This document shows positions 1 through 13,088 of a stretch of DNA of 64,000 nt, piece by piece; position 1 is the stretch's first letter, and each line of letters begins with the position of its first letter. The DNA lies in the NCBI RefSeq assembly GCF_009914755.1, contig NC_060929.1. One strand, 5' to 3'. Below the pieces are notes generated by a model. It did not search any database, was not told where the DNA came from, and saw nothing but the letters and a program-made list of their open reading frames with translations. This stretch comes from the human T2T-CHM13v2.0 reference genome, Homo sapiens. Made by a program: the position numbers and the translations under genes.

Positions 1-301
1 ACTTCGATGTCTTAATCCTTTTGACCTAGTGGAAGCCTCACCTGAGCCAGGGACAGGCTGCATCACAAATGTCGGCCAGCACAGCGCTGCCCCTCCAAGG
101 GTGGCAAGGGGACATCCTCTGCCTGGGCAGCCCTTCGATTTTGGAGGTCTTAACCGGTGGAAGGCAGCACGGGGCAAAACTGCCTCACCTTCTCAGTCCT
201 CCACATCATGCGGCTATATTCTAGCTCAATACAATCCTCAGTCTCAGTATCTGCTGAGTGACCAGCAGTCTATGGCCACAGGCCGTTAACAGCCTGGTTA
301 G

Positions 302-580
302 CTGAGCAAACTATCACAAGGACAGAAAACCAAACACCGCATGTTCTCATTCATAGGTGGGAATTGAGCAATGAGAACACGTGGACACAGGGTGGGGAAC
401 ATCACACACAGGGGCCTGTCGTGGGGTGGCGTGGGAGGGATAGCATTAGGAGATATACCTAATGTAAATGACGAGTTAACGGGTGCAGCACACCAACATG
501 GCACATGTATACATATGTAACAAACCTGCACGTTGTGCACATGTACCCTAGAACTTAAAGTATAAACAAAAAACAAAAAA
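302..580 (+). mobile_element. L1PA 3' end (5'-truncated LINE-1)
   Basis: Canonical L1PA 3'UTR (AGCAAACTATCACAAGGACAGAAAACCAAACACCGCATGTTCTC...CCCTAGAACTTAAAGTATAA) followed by an A-rich tail. Confidence 0.95.
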
Positions 581-955
581 CTCGAGTGCATTTCAGCTGC
601 CCCTGCAATGTGGAGGGGGAGAAACCTCTTCAGACACTTCAGCCACAACCGTAACACACAAAGAGCTCTTCAAACACAATAAAAAGACAAAAAGACCGAC
701 AGAAAAACAGACGAGAAATATGAGTAGGCAAATGACCTAACAGCTCCACTGGCCAGGAAATTTATGAAAAGGTGCACAACATCACTTATATTCAGGGAAA
801 TGCTATTAAAGTAGCAATAAGGTATCGTTTTACATCCATCACACCAAGAAACATTAAGAGGTCTAACAGCCAAAGTTACAAGGGAGGTAGAGAAAAGGCA
901 CACTCCTCAATTACTAGTGAAGATGGGATGGATTTTAGGAAAGCATTCTGGCCAT

Positions 956-1948
<993 letters not shown>

Positions 1949-2405
1949 CTATAGAACTATCAGCACCAATAAACACAGTCTTGTATCAGGATGTTCACGT
2001 AGAATGACATCAGAATCTACATCAGAATCATGTAGAATGACAAGAAACTGGAAGCAAGGGAATGCCTACCACCAGGAAAATGGCTGAGTATATAACATAT
2101 GTTCATACCAGGGAATATTATACAGCCATTAAAGAGGAAAAGGATGAAGTTCTGTTCAATGTCTTACAAGGATATCTGGAGGAACTGTTCAGGGAGAAAA
2201 GAGAGATGCAGAAGAGTGTATAATATGATCCCACTATTATTAAGTAATATACATATCTGTAGAGGCAATATATAGCTATAGATGAAGAAAAATAAGGAGA
2301 TACTATGGTTGAGGCAATGGTAACTGATGTGAAAGGAGGGAGAAGGGGAAGAGGTAAACACAAAAGTAAAAGCAATGAGGTACTAAGAAAGCATGCATGT
2401 GATCA

Positions 2406-2796
<391 letters not shown>

Positions 2797-3555
2797 CAAA
2801 ACAACCCTTGGCTCCTCAAGCATGTGAGCTCAGGCAGGGCCAGCCCAGCCTTAACTGTGGAGGCTGGTGGGACAGTCCCATGGGGAAGCCCACTGCTGCG
2901 CCGCTTGGAGGAGGAAACCCAGCATGTGAGGCTGCTCATTGTCACGTGGTTTGCTGTGCTCTGCAGAAGGAGATTCTGTGTTCACACCCAGGATGTCATG
3001 GAAGAGGAGCTCATCCCATTCATCTCCCTGGCACAGGGTAGACACTTGGGGGATGCTGCATTAAGTGAAGTGAACCTGACTCTGTTTCTTTAGCCCCAGC
3101 CCACCCGAGTCTCAATCTTCCCATCTGTCAAGAGAAATAATAAGATTATTTGCCTCTAAACAGGTGGCTGAGATCATAGATAGTGCAAATGATGTCACTG
3201 TTGGACTCTCCGGTGTTATATAAATTTAAGACATGAACAATAAAGAAACTACCGATATTTACTGCTCAGACATGCCCACGTTAAGATTTTAATGGCTAAA
3301 AGGCAGTTGTTTTTCCATCTGACATTATGTTATTCAACAGAGTAAGTAGTCTAAGTTGGAGGAATCCCCTTGGGAATTGACTACAAAGAGCAAATAAAAA
3401 AGAGTAACAGATCCAAGACCCTTACCCCTTAAATTTATTTTCACTTCCTAAATTGAACTTCATGCAAAATAGGTTATTTATCACTAGGGTAAAATAAGAT
3501 AATGGGGAGGTTTAATTAGCCAAAGCCCTGTGATAACGCGTTTCTTCCTTACCAA

Positions 3556-3862
3556 ATACCCAATGAGAATGCATATCATTAATTCTGTGGTTAGCTAATA
3601 AGAAAATGAAAAAAGCTCCCTTAATTTTTCCTTGAAAAAATTTTTAAACTAACACAAAGATGCCAATGAATGAGTATTTTGCTTACATCCATTCACTCCA
3701 TCCAACTCTCATTCAAATGCTCATTGTGCACCTGCTAAGGTCAGGTGCGTGCTTTCTGCCAAGCATTCCAAGAGGAACGTCACATAGTCTTTGCCCTCAG
3801 GAAGCGTACGGTCTGGTTGGGAAAGAGATGCTTCCAACAATAATTCTGATACCTGTGTGATA
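3556..3862 (+). repeat. Donor copy of the 1267-1579 duplication
   Basis: Direct repeat of 1267-1579. Confidence 0.95.
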
Positions 3863-4229
3863 TGGTTTGGCTGTGTCCCCACCCAAATCTCATCCTGAAT
3901 CCTACTCCCATAATTCCCACGTGTTGTGGGATGGAACTGGTGAGAGATAATTGAATCACGAGCGCGGTTTCTCCCATACTGTTCTTGTGCTAGTGAATAA
4001 ATCTCACGAGATCTGATGGTTTTATAAACGAGAAGCCCTTTTCGCTTGACCCTCATTATAGCTCATGCCGCAGCCAGGTAAGAAGTGCCTTTCGCCTTCC
4101 GCCTTCCGCCATGACTGTTAGGCCTCCCTAGCCACGTGGAACTTTAAGTCCATTAAACGTCTTTCTTTTATAAATTGCCCAGTCTTGGGTATGTCTTTAT
4201 CAGCAGCGCGAAAACAGATTACTAACACA
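3858..4229 (+). mobile_element. THE1B/C solo LTR (MaLR)
   Basis: TGATATGGTTTGGCTGTGTCCCCACCCAAATCTC...ACTAACACA with 5-bp TSD CTGTG. Confidence 0.93.
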
Positions 4230-6741
4230 CTGTGGTAAAGGTGAAATCAGTGCTCACTCCTTCGGGTGAATTCCGTCACATAATCTCCACTGGGGAAGGG
4301 GTGGGCATGGGCAGCTCCTGGGAGCTGATGTCTTAGGGGCCCTAACACAAAAGTTCATGCAGTTCAGCATCCCTTCCCCTCCCATGCCCCACAGGGCACA
4401 AACGCATTGTTGTCCATCACCAAAACACATTACCCTTAGTACTCGACTCTAATGAAGTTCCAGTTCCTCAGTTGTATAACGAGGCTTCCAAGCTCCTATT
4501 TTAAAAGAAAGTTTCTTGAAGCTAAATAAAAGCACTGCTAACATGAAATTAACAGTGGAAATTTTTGAGTGTAATTTCAGGGTGAAAAAAACTGAAAAGA
4601 CAAATGTAGATTTTAGATATTTCAAGGAAGGAGAGAGAGTAGTGTTGCTGGTACCATGCCTCTGCACTTGCTATAGCTGAGTTTCATTTGAGTATCCATT
4701 ATTTGGAAGGAGTTCTTAAATCTAAGCCTGTGGAAGACAATAAATTCACATTAATTATCTCTCCATTTGACTCAATTTCTGAAGAAGTTCTATCCTTCTG
4801 ATGAACTATCAGATTAAATCCCAGATTCCTCAGTATGATGTCCCTGAATACCAATATAAAGAATAAAGGAAGAGATCAAAACCTGGATGAATAATCTGTA
4901 TAAACATGGGCATATACACAAGGTATGACTATAATATTGAGACTCATCCTATAAAGCACCTACAAAAGTTGATTGTATTATTTTATACTTATGCTTGTGC
5001 ACATAAAAAATATTTGGCAGGCTAAAGGCCAAAGAACCAGGCACTGTTCTCAAAAGGACATAGCAGATTAACTACACCTCTATTTGTCCTTCCATACTCA
5101 AGGCTACTTACTGTAGTTGGGTTGACCAGGCAGAGTTTAAATCAATATATGTTGGTTGAGCCTGGATCTTAGATGAGAAATTCACACTAACGTGAAATTC
5201 ACACAGACATATGTGGAAACACTAAAAACATTTTCTTTTACTTCATCCACCAGTGACTTTAATGAAAGCAGAGCATAATAATTAATACAAGTAATTAGAG
5301 TTGACAACTGAAGTGTCAAGAAAACCACAGTTCATCTGTTATCCGTCCATCTCTGTTGAAATATTAGTTTACTGCCATATATTAATCTATTTATAAAGAG
5401 ATCCAGACAATTAGAAAAATTAGTCTGGAATCACCAGGCTGAAGGCTTAGCTGAAGTTAAAAGACAAGTAAAAATGCCTCCAAACTGTAAAACCTGAGTT
5501 GGGGAATAAATGGTAAAATGTGTAAAAATTTAGAAAAAGGTTATATGTGGACTGTAAAAAATACACTGGACTCACAGGTAATTAAGGGGTGAATCAGAGT
5601 TGTTTCCTAAATGGCATAAGCCAAACTCTTAGATATTTCTACCATTAGCTAAAAGGCAGAGAAGCACTCTCTCTCTCTATTAATGCACTTTTAAAAATGA
5701 AAATTGTGAAGTGTTCTGCCCTTAAAGTGGACCTTTATTTCAGGTCTGCATTACTTTGCTTAATAGATATGGTCCTAAAGATTAAGGTGGTGATCCATTT
5801 TATCTTGTAAAAATGCATAATTTAATCTGAGTTATAGGAATTTAAAGCTGCCCTACTTTGAAGGCCTTTGTGACTCAAAGATTTTTTTAATTTAATTTTT
5901 AAATTGAGAATTACCTGGCTTGGGCTTTTGGTCTTTTTATAATACGTATTGCTGTCTACTTTTTTTTTTATTCTTGGCTGCCTCAAGCTATTCTTGCCTC
6001 CAAAAGGTGTCAGCATATGAATAAAAACAGCAGAAAATAATTACCCTAATTAGGTCAATGTATTAAGCTGTTTCTACAACTGTTTCTCTTAAACACCTTA
6101 TCTTTGTAGTCTTGGCTCATTAGAAATTCGACTAGTGGTAAGTATTTATTTTTTTCCTTCAAGGGGGTTTTTGCTTTGCTAAGCCTCGGGCATTTGGTTC
6201 GTGCAAGAAATCACAGAAACTGCTCCAGCGGACTCCGAAAGGAGCGGAAAATTCTTTTGTTTGGGGGCCATGAGGGGTGGGGGAGGGGTGGGGATTCTGG
6301 TGTAAGCTTTTGGCTTGCATTCGCTTTCTCCCTCCGAAAGTGGGCGACATCAAGCAAGTCCCAGTTACAGAAAGAACCCACTGCAGGGCGTCCAGTCACT
6401 TGCCCAGTGAAAAGACTGTAATCAGACAACTTTAATAAAGGGAGAGCAGGAGAGTGGTGACGAATTTCCACATTCCGAACAAGCTTGTCGAAAGAGGAGT
6501 GCAGGGAAGGAGCAAGAATGAGGCACTGGAAGACGGTGAGCGGGGCCTTGCCACAGAATCCCGGGCCCACCTGCTTTCTCACAGTCGCGACAGCCGGCCC
6601 GGAGAAGGGCAGCCCAGCGAAGGGCACGCCCCGCGCGGGTGCCAGGGAGGCCGGCAGGGGCGTCCGCGGTCGCTGCTCACCTGCGCTCCCCGCTGCCCGG
6701 CCCAGCCCGCCTCGCCACCGAGTCTGGAAGCCCACACTCAC

Positions 6742-6850
6742 CCCTTTACCCGGGAAACGCGGCCGGAGCCGGCGGCGGGTCGGGAGTCCGAGATGGTAGA
6801 TCCCCCTCCAGGCGCCTCGCTGACATTTTGTCCCGGACGGAAAACCTCCG
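6742..6850 (-). other. Probable non-coding first exon of an unidentified minus-strand gene
   Basis: Donor GGG|GTGAGT after 6742 and alternative donor CAG|GTGAGC after 6681, both inside the CpG island; TSS position is inferred. Confidence 0.65.
6746..6826 (-). other. Candidate uORF MSARRLEGDLPSRTPDPPPAPAAFPG (26 aa)
   Basis: ACAAAATGT context (A at -3); 27 codons to TAA, ending 4 nt before the donor. Confidence 0.45.
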
Positions 6851-7386
6851 CGCGTGCCCCTTAAAGACACAGCGCTGCATTCACACGTCTGCGGGGAAAG
6901 GGGGGCCGTCACGTGTGGCCTTCGCCCGAAAGCGGTAGGGGAGTCGCTCTGAAACCGCCAAGGATCGCGAGCGACAGATTTGTGTTGGCCAGGGTTTTAA
7001 GATGACGCAATAGCTGAGTGTGGTTGAAATGTAACTATTGTTTTACAACTTTGCATTAACCTTCCAAGACCTGAATTCCCGGGCCTGAGTCTCAGAGCGC
7101 GGTTTGCATCTTTGCAGGCTGTAGGCGCATGATGTCACAAGTTATTGGAAGAAATCCCTCCAACCTAGGTTGGGACAGATGAAGGCGGCGCTTATTGGTG
7201 TTCACCAAAACACCAGCATGGTGTACCAGCTTTGGCTAGATGATGCTCAGGTAACGAACAACCCCTGCAACTCAGTGGCTTAAAGGTCCATTTCTCAAGC
7301 GAATTACTGTGGCTGCAGGGAGCTTTGGCAGTACTCCACCAGTTTTCTTCACTCCAGGCTGAAAGGTCAACTTTTCTGGGCCATGC

Positions 7387-7590
7387 TCCCTGCTGGGCTG
7401 GTAAACCAACTTTGAGGGAGAAGGGGGAAGTCCAGATATGTAGTGTTTGCTATTTCTATGATGTAAATGCTCCCACAATGGCCGATTTCAAGCTACAAAC
7501 AGTCCAACAAGTGGCTTGCCAAGTTCCTGGAAATTTAACAATTAGCTCCTGTACATGACTGGCACAAGCTGCTTTCCAAACTCACATTCC
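7387..7590. mobile_element. MER63-like hAT-Blackjack DNA transposon fossil, inside an old MLT1-type LTR remnant (~7222-7680)
   Basis: GGCCGATTTCAAGCTAC and TTCCTGGAAATTTAACAATT resemble the recalled MER63A consensus. Confidence 0.6.
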
Positions 7591-7691
7591 GCATGCCTCA
7601 GTTCTGCTCACTTTCTATTGGTCAAAACTTGCTGTCAGTGGGTGGGGAAGTGTACCCCTCTCTTAAGGAAGCCTTGCAAGTCTTGTGACAA

Positions 7692-8561
7692 TGAAACAGG
7701 AGAGTTCCCTGATTTCCTCCCGGCCCCCGCCCTCCCACAGCCCTTTGCAGGACGTGCAACAGGGTTGTGGCTCGTGTGTTCGGTCTCTGCCTGCTGAAAC
7801 CCCTTATGGGAGGTGGAGCATGCAGACGGACGGGTGCAGGAGCCAGGGTGCAAAAGCTGGGGCGCTGGGCTTCCAGCCCCACGGCAGTGTCCAGGGGCAG
7901 GATCCCGTGATTCCCGGAGCCCAAATGGGCGTGTGTTACAGTGTGCTCTTTTAGCCTTACCATCAGCTGACGGCTTAAGTGTTAACCAGCTCAATAGACC
8001 CTCTGCCTTTTTGCAAGCGCAGAGGGTCAGTGTGACAGTTTCTGTATCTCAGCTCTTGTCTCACCTCCCAGAAGAATCAGGTCACACATGGACTTGAAGG
8101 ATGGTGAGTGCCGGGGTGGGGGCGGGGGTAGAGGAGTTGGGGGAAGGTTGGGGGTGTTTATTAGGTGGTAGGGGTGGCACTCAGTAGGATGGATGGGGAG
8201 CTGGAAAGGGGGTGGAGTAGGGAGATGATCTTCCCCTGGAGTTTAACCGTCCAGCGGTGGATTCTCTAACTGTCCCCAGCTGAACTCCACCCAATATTCC
8301 TTCTCTTTTCTCTTTATCTGCGGCTCTTCTGCTCTTCTGCTCTTCTGTTCATCTGCTCATCTTTTGCTGCTGGAGCCTGGTGTCTGGAGTTTATACGGGT
8401 ACAGGATAGGGGGTCATGGAGGGCCAAAAGGTAACTTTTGGGCACAAGAACGGGAATGCCTCTCTTCATTTAGGGCCATGGGTTTCCAGGCTTGAGGGTG
8501 GGGCCTTTGCCAGGGAACGGCCTTATTCTACCCAGTAGTTCCCTGTCTACTGTCCCTATCA
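7692..8561 (-). mobile_element. MER50-family ERV1 solo LTR
   Basis: TG...CA termini with 4-bp TSD ACAA; reverse strand begins TGATAGGGACAG and contains GCCCCACCCTCAAGCCTGGAAACC. Confidence 0.85.
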
Positions 8562-8681
8562 ACAATAAGTGAGCTGAATAATATCCTTAAAAGAAGAACA
8601 AGAAATAACTGGGTACAATAATACAATCCACCATTCCAATAATGGTTTTGGAGGAAGAAACTGGTTGGGTATCTTCAAAGG

Positions 8682-9205
8682 CAGAGGTCCCCAACCCCGG
8701 GCCATGAACCAGTACCCTTTGTACCCTGTTAGGAACCTGGTGGCACAGCAGGAGTTGAGTAAGGGGCAAGCAAATGAGGGAAGCTTCATCTGTATTTACA
8801 TCCGCTCCCCATGACTAGCATTGCCGCCTGAGCTCCACCTCCTGTCACATCAGCTGGGGCATTAGATTCTCATAGGAGCACAATTGTGAACTGTGCACAT
8901 TCAAGGGATCTAGGTTGTGTGCCCCTTGTGAGAATCTAATGCCTGATGATCTGTCACTATCTCCTGTCACCCCCAGACGGGCCTGTCTAATTGCAGGAAA
9001 ACAAACTCAGGGCTCCCACTGATTCTACATTACGGTGAGTTGTATAACTATTTCATTATATATTACAATGTAATAATAATAGAAATAAAGTGCACAATAA
9101 ATATGATGCGCTTGAATCATCCCAAACCTATTCCCCACCCCTGTCCATGGAAAAATTGTCTTCCACGAAACCAGTCCCTGGTGCCAAAAAGGTTGGGGAT
9201 TGCTG
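8682..9205 (+). mobile_element. MER1A hAT-Charlie MITE
   Basis: Terminal inverted repeats CAGAGGTCCCCAACC / GGTTGGGGATTGCTG; 8-bp TSD TTCAAAGG; ~524 bp. Confidence 0.92.
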
Positions 9206-9867
9206 TTCAAAGGGATAATTTTGCAATGTGAAGGCCAACTATTAGGTTACTACTTTTCTTCTGGCCCAAAGGACACTTACAGCTACGGACATCTGATAAA
9301 AAGAAAAGTAATGAGTACACTGTTGGTGGGAATGTATAGCCATACACCCATTATGGAAAACAGTATGGCGGCTTCTCAGAAAACTAAAGATAGAACTATC
9401 ATATGATCCATCAATTCCACCACTGGTTATTTATCCAAAGGAAAGGAAATCAGTGTATCAAAGGGATTCTTGTACTCCCGTTTATAGCCACACTATTCAC
9501 AATAGCCAAGATACAAAATCAACCAAAGTCTATCAACAGATCAGTAAAGAAAATATGATATATATACACAATGGAACACTATTCAGCCATAAAAAAGAAT
9601 GAAATCCTGTCATTTGCAGCAACATGCAGGGAACTAGAGGCCATCTTGTTAAGTGAAATAAATCAGACACAGAAAGGCAAAAATCACATGTTCACACTCA
9701 TATGTGGGAGCTAAAGAAGTTGATCTCATGGAGGTAGAGAGCAGAAGGGTGTAGAGGTGGGGGAGTGAAGACAGGTTGGTGAATGGGTACAAGCAAACAG
9801 ATAAGATGGAATAAGTTCTAGTTTTTGATAACACGGAAGGGTGACTGTATTTCCAAAGAGAAGATTT

Positions 9868-10204
9868 TTTTCTTTTTTTCTTTTTTTTGAGACGGAGTCT
9901 TGCTCTGTCGCCCAGGCTGGAGTGCAGTGGCACGATCTCGGCTCACTGCAAGCTCCGCCTCCCGGGAGCTTGTGTGGAGCTAGTGTTTTTATTCATGCCA
10001 TTCTCCTGCCTCAGCCTTCTGAGTAGCTGGGACTAAGGGAACTACAGGCGCCCGCCACCACACCCATTAATTTTTTTGTATTTTTAGTAGAGACGGGGTT
10101 TCACTGTGTTAGCCAGTATGGTCTCGATCTCCTGACCTTGTGATACACCCGCCTCAACCTCCCAAAGTGCTGGGATTACAGGCGTGAGCCACCGCACCCA
10201 GCCG
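9868..10204 (-). mobile_element. AluY-like SINE with a ~25-nt internal insertion
   Basis: GCAAGCTCCGCCTCCCGGG and TTAGCCAG diagnostics; TSD AAGAGAAGATTT. Confidence 0.92.
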
Positions 10205-10221
10205 AAGAGAAGATTTTTTTT

Positions 10222-10800
10222 CTATGAGTTTGACTTTAATTTCTAAGATTCCACATATATATGAGATCATGCAGTATTTGTCTTTCTGTGTCTGGCTTAT
10301 TTCACTTAGCATACTCTTCTCTAAGACATCCATGTTGTTGCAAATGGTAAGAGTTCCTTTTTCTTTAAGGCTGAATAATATCCGTGTGTGTGTGTGTGTG
10401 TATGTGTGAATACACACCACAGTTTCTTTTTTTATTCATCAGTTGATGGACACTTAGATTGTTACCATATCTTTTGGCTTCTGTAAATAATGCTGCAATT
10501 AACATGGGACTGCAGATACTTCTTGGAGATAGTATTTTTATTTCTTTTGGAAATATACCCAATAGTAGTATTAGTGGATCATATGGTAGTTCTATTTTTA
10601 ATTTTTTGAGGAACCTCTCTATACTATTTTCAATAATGGCTGCACCAATTGACATTTCCACCAATAGGGTACAAGCATCCCCATTTCTCTAATCTTCACC
10701 AATACTTGCTGTCTTTTGACTTTTTGATAATAGTCATCCTAACAGGTGTGAGGTGATGTCATTTTGACTTGCAATTTCTCTGCTAATTAGTGATGTCGAG
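10222..10800 (-). mobile_element. Old L1M fragment (ORF2 end / start of 3'UTR)
   Basis: ORF 10365-10664 (KKLKIELPYDP..LLGIFPKE) resembles the L1 ORF2 C-terminus. Confidence 0.85.
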
Positions 10801-10988
10801 TAGAAGAGAAGATTTAAAATGTTCCCAATACAAAGAAATGATAAATGTTCAAGGTGATGGGTATCCTGATAACCCTGACGATCATTACACATTGTATGCA
10901 TGCATCAAAATATCCCATGCACCCCATAAATACATACAAATATTTCGTATCAATAAAAAAATGAAAAAGAAAAGTAACTAGTATAAAT

Positions 10989-11304
10989 GGCCAGGTGCAG
11001 TGGCTCACGCCTGTAATCCCAGCATTTTGGGAGGCCCAGGCGAGTGGATCACCTGAGGTCAGGAGTTCAAGACCAGCCTGACCAACATGGTGAAACCCCA
11101 TCTCTACTAGAAAAATACAAAAATTAGCCGGGTGTGGTGGTGGGTCCCTATAAGCCCAGCTACCTGGGAGCCTGAGGCGGGAGAATTGCTTGAACCCGGA
11201 GGCGGAGGTTGCAGCGAGCCGAGATCGTGCAACTGCACTCCAGACTGGGCGACAGAGTGAGACTCTGTCTGAAAAATAATAATAAAATAAAATAAATAAA
11301 TAAA
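10989..11304 (+). mobile_element. AluSx SINE
   Basis: Full Alu with TSD AAAAGAAAAGTAACTAGTATAAA. Confidence 0.95.
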
Positions 11305-12248
11305 AAAGAAAAGTAACTAGTATAAACAAATCAGGTTAAAGTCATCTCTAATTCATGTTTCAATATTTGAACAATTTTTTACAGTTTATTGTATCTGGTA
11401 ATTCTTTTAAGAAGAAGCTTTATTGCTTTGAGTGTCTAAAAGAATCCATTTAACTTTAAACTGACCACGTAATGAGATACATGATATTTTCATTAGTTCA
11501 TAGAGGAGTTTTTAGTAAGTGCTGGTTATGGGCAAAGCACCATCTTAAGCCTAAGCAGGAGTCTGGAGACTATTCCTGCCCTCAAGAGGATTACACTCCA
11601 GTATGACAGTAAGACATATGCAACTCTAAGAAGAAAGTGAAAAATTATATAAGAGGAAATATTCAAGTGCCATAATAAATTGAGAATGGCTACATATTTT
11701 TGAAAGTGGCAGCATTTAATCAAGGCTTGAAAAAGAGTAGGATTTGGATTCCTGGCATTATATGTTTATTATCTTAACAAGATGTATTTTTTATTTATTT
11801 TTAAAGTCAGATAAAAGGAGCTTAGCTTTTTTGTGAGTCAGTGCTTAAATTTTCTTAAATTTTGTGAGTCAATGCTTAAATTTAATAATTTTCTAAATTC
11901 TTAAATTTTCGTGTAATCAGAAATCTCTTTCTTGTGTTAAATTTAAAATCAAACTACAAAATATGTCTCAAATATCTAATAACTTTTCTTCTTTGCCCTA
12001 CATCCTTTGTTCAAGTTTCAGCAAAAAAAAACAACCTTCAGTTCTTGCTTTCTTGGTAGTGGCAGTTCCCCTAACTTTCATCACGCGTGTAACCATAAAT
12101 AAATAACATTTAATTTTCACAGGAGGATCTCATTTCTGTACCCTGCCCTGGAAGTTGGCAAAAAGTAAGGACCTGCATTTCATTGGAAATACAGAATATT
12201 TACTCTCCCTATTCTCTTCAGAAATTACAGCCTTGAAATCTGCTATCA

Positions 12249-12565
<317 letters not shown>

Positions 12566-12666
12566 CAGTTTGAGAAAAATATTTATCAAGATTGTCTCAA
12601 AGACATGCAATTATGGAGCTGTGTCCTTTGGACCACACTGTTCTGGTGCATCCCAGATGTGCTTTT

Positions 12667-13088
12667 GATCTGTAGGTTTCTTTCTTGGGCTGTTTTTATC
12701 TTGTTTTTGGTATAAGAGTAATGCTAGCCTCATAAAGTGAGTTGGCAAGTGCTTTTTTCTATTTTTGAAAGAGTTTGTGAAGAATTGCTATTAATTTTTC
12801 TTTAAATGTTTGGTAGATTCAACAATGAAGCCATCTGGACCCAGGCTTTGATTTATGCATAGGTGGTTGATTACTAATTCAATGTCTTCATTTATTATAT
12901 GTCTGTTCAGATTGTCTGTTTCTTCTTGAGTCAGTTTTGGTAGTTTGTATTTTTTCCAGGAATTTGTTGGTTTCATCAACATGATCTAAGGTGTTGGTAT
13001 ATACTTTTTCATAGTATAGTATTTTTTATACTTTTTTTTATTTCTATAAGGTTGATGGTAATGTCCCCTCTTTCCTTTCTGGTTCTTG
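12667..13088 (-). mobile_element. Internal fragment of old L1 ORF2
   Basis: ORF 12791-12982 (YKLPKLTQEETDNLNR...GPDGF) is L1 ORF2-like; flanked by GATGTGCTTTT direct repeats. Confidence 0.85.

Larger units (their letters stand above)
6480..7020. promoter_or_regulatory. CpG island promoter
   Basis: High GC and dense CpG against a CpG-depleted background; E-box GTCACGTG 6908-6915; ATGACGCAAT (ATF/C-EBP-like) 7002-7011; minus-strand TTTAAG TATA-like element near 6860-6865. Confidence 0.9.
9310..10970 (+). mobile_element. L1MA 3' end, split (9310-9855 and 10801-10970) by an AluY and an inverted L1 fragment
   Basis: L1MA 3'UTR motifs continue across the interruption and end in AATAAA plus an A-tail. 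Confidence 0.8.

Noticed and set aside
6742-6850. Assigning a gene symbol to the promoter
   Set aside because: No coding exon in the window and I do not confidently recognise the 5'UTR; a BLAT search would settle it
6211-6938. 233-aa and overlapping ORFs across the CpG island
   Set aside because: Stop-poor GC-rich sequence, open in many frames, no recognisable protein, and they cross splice donors
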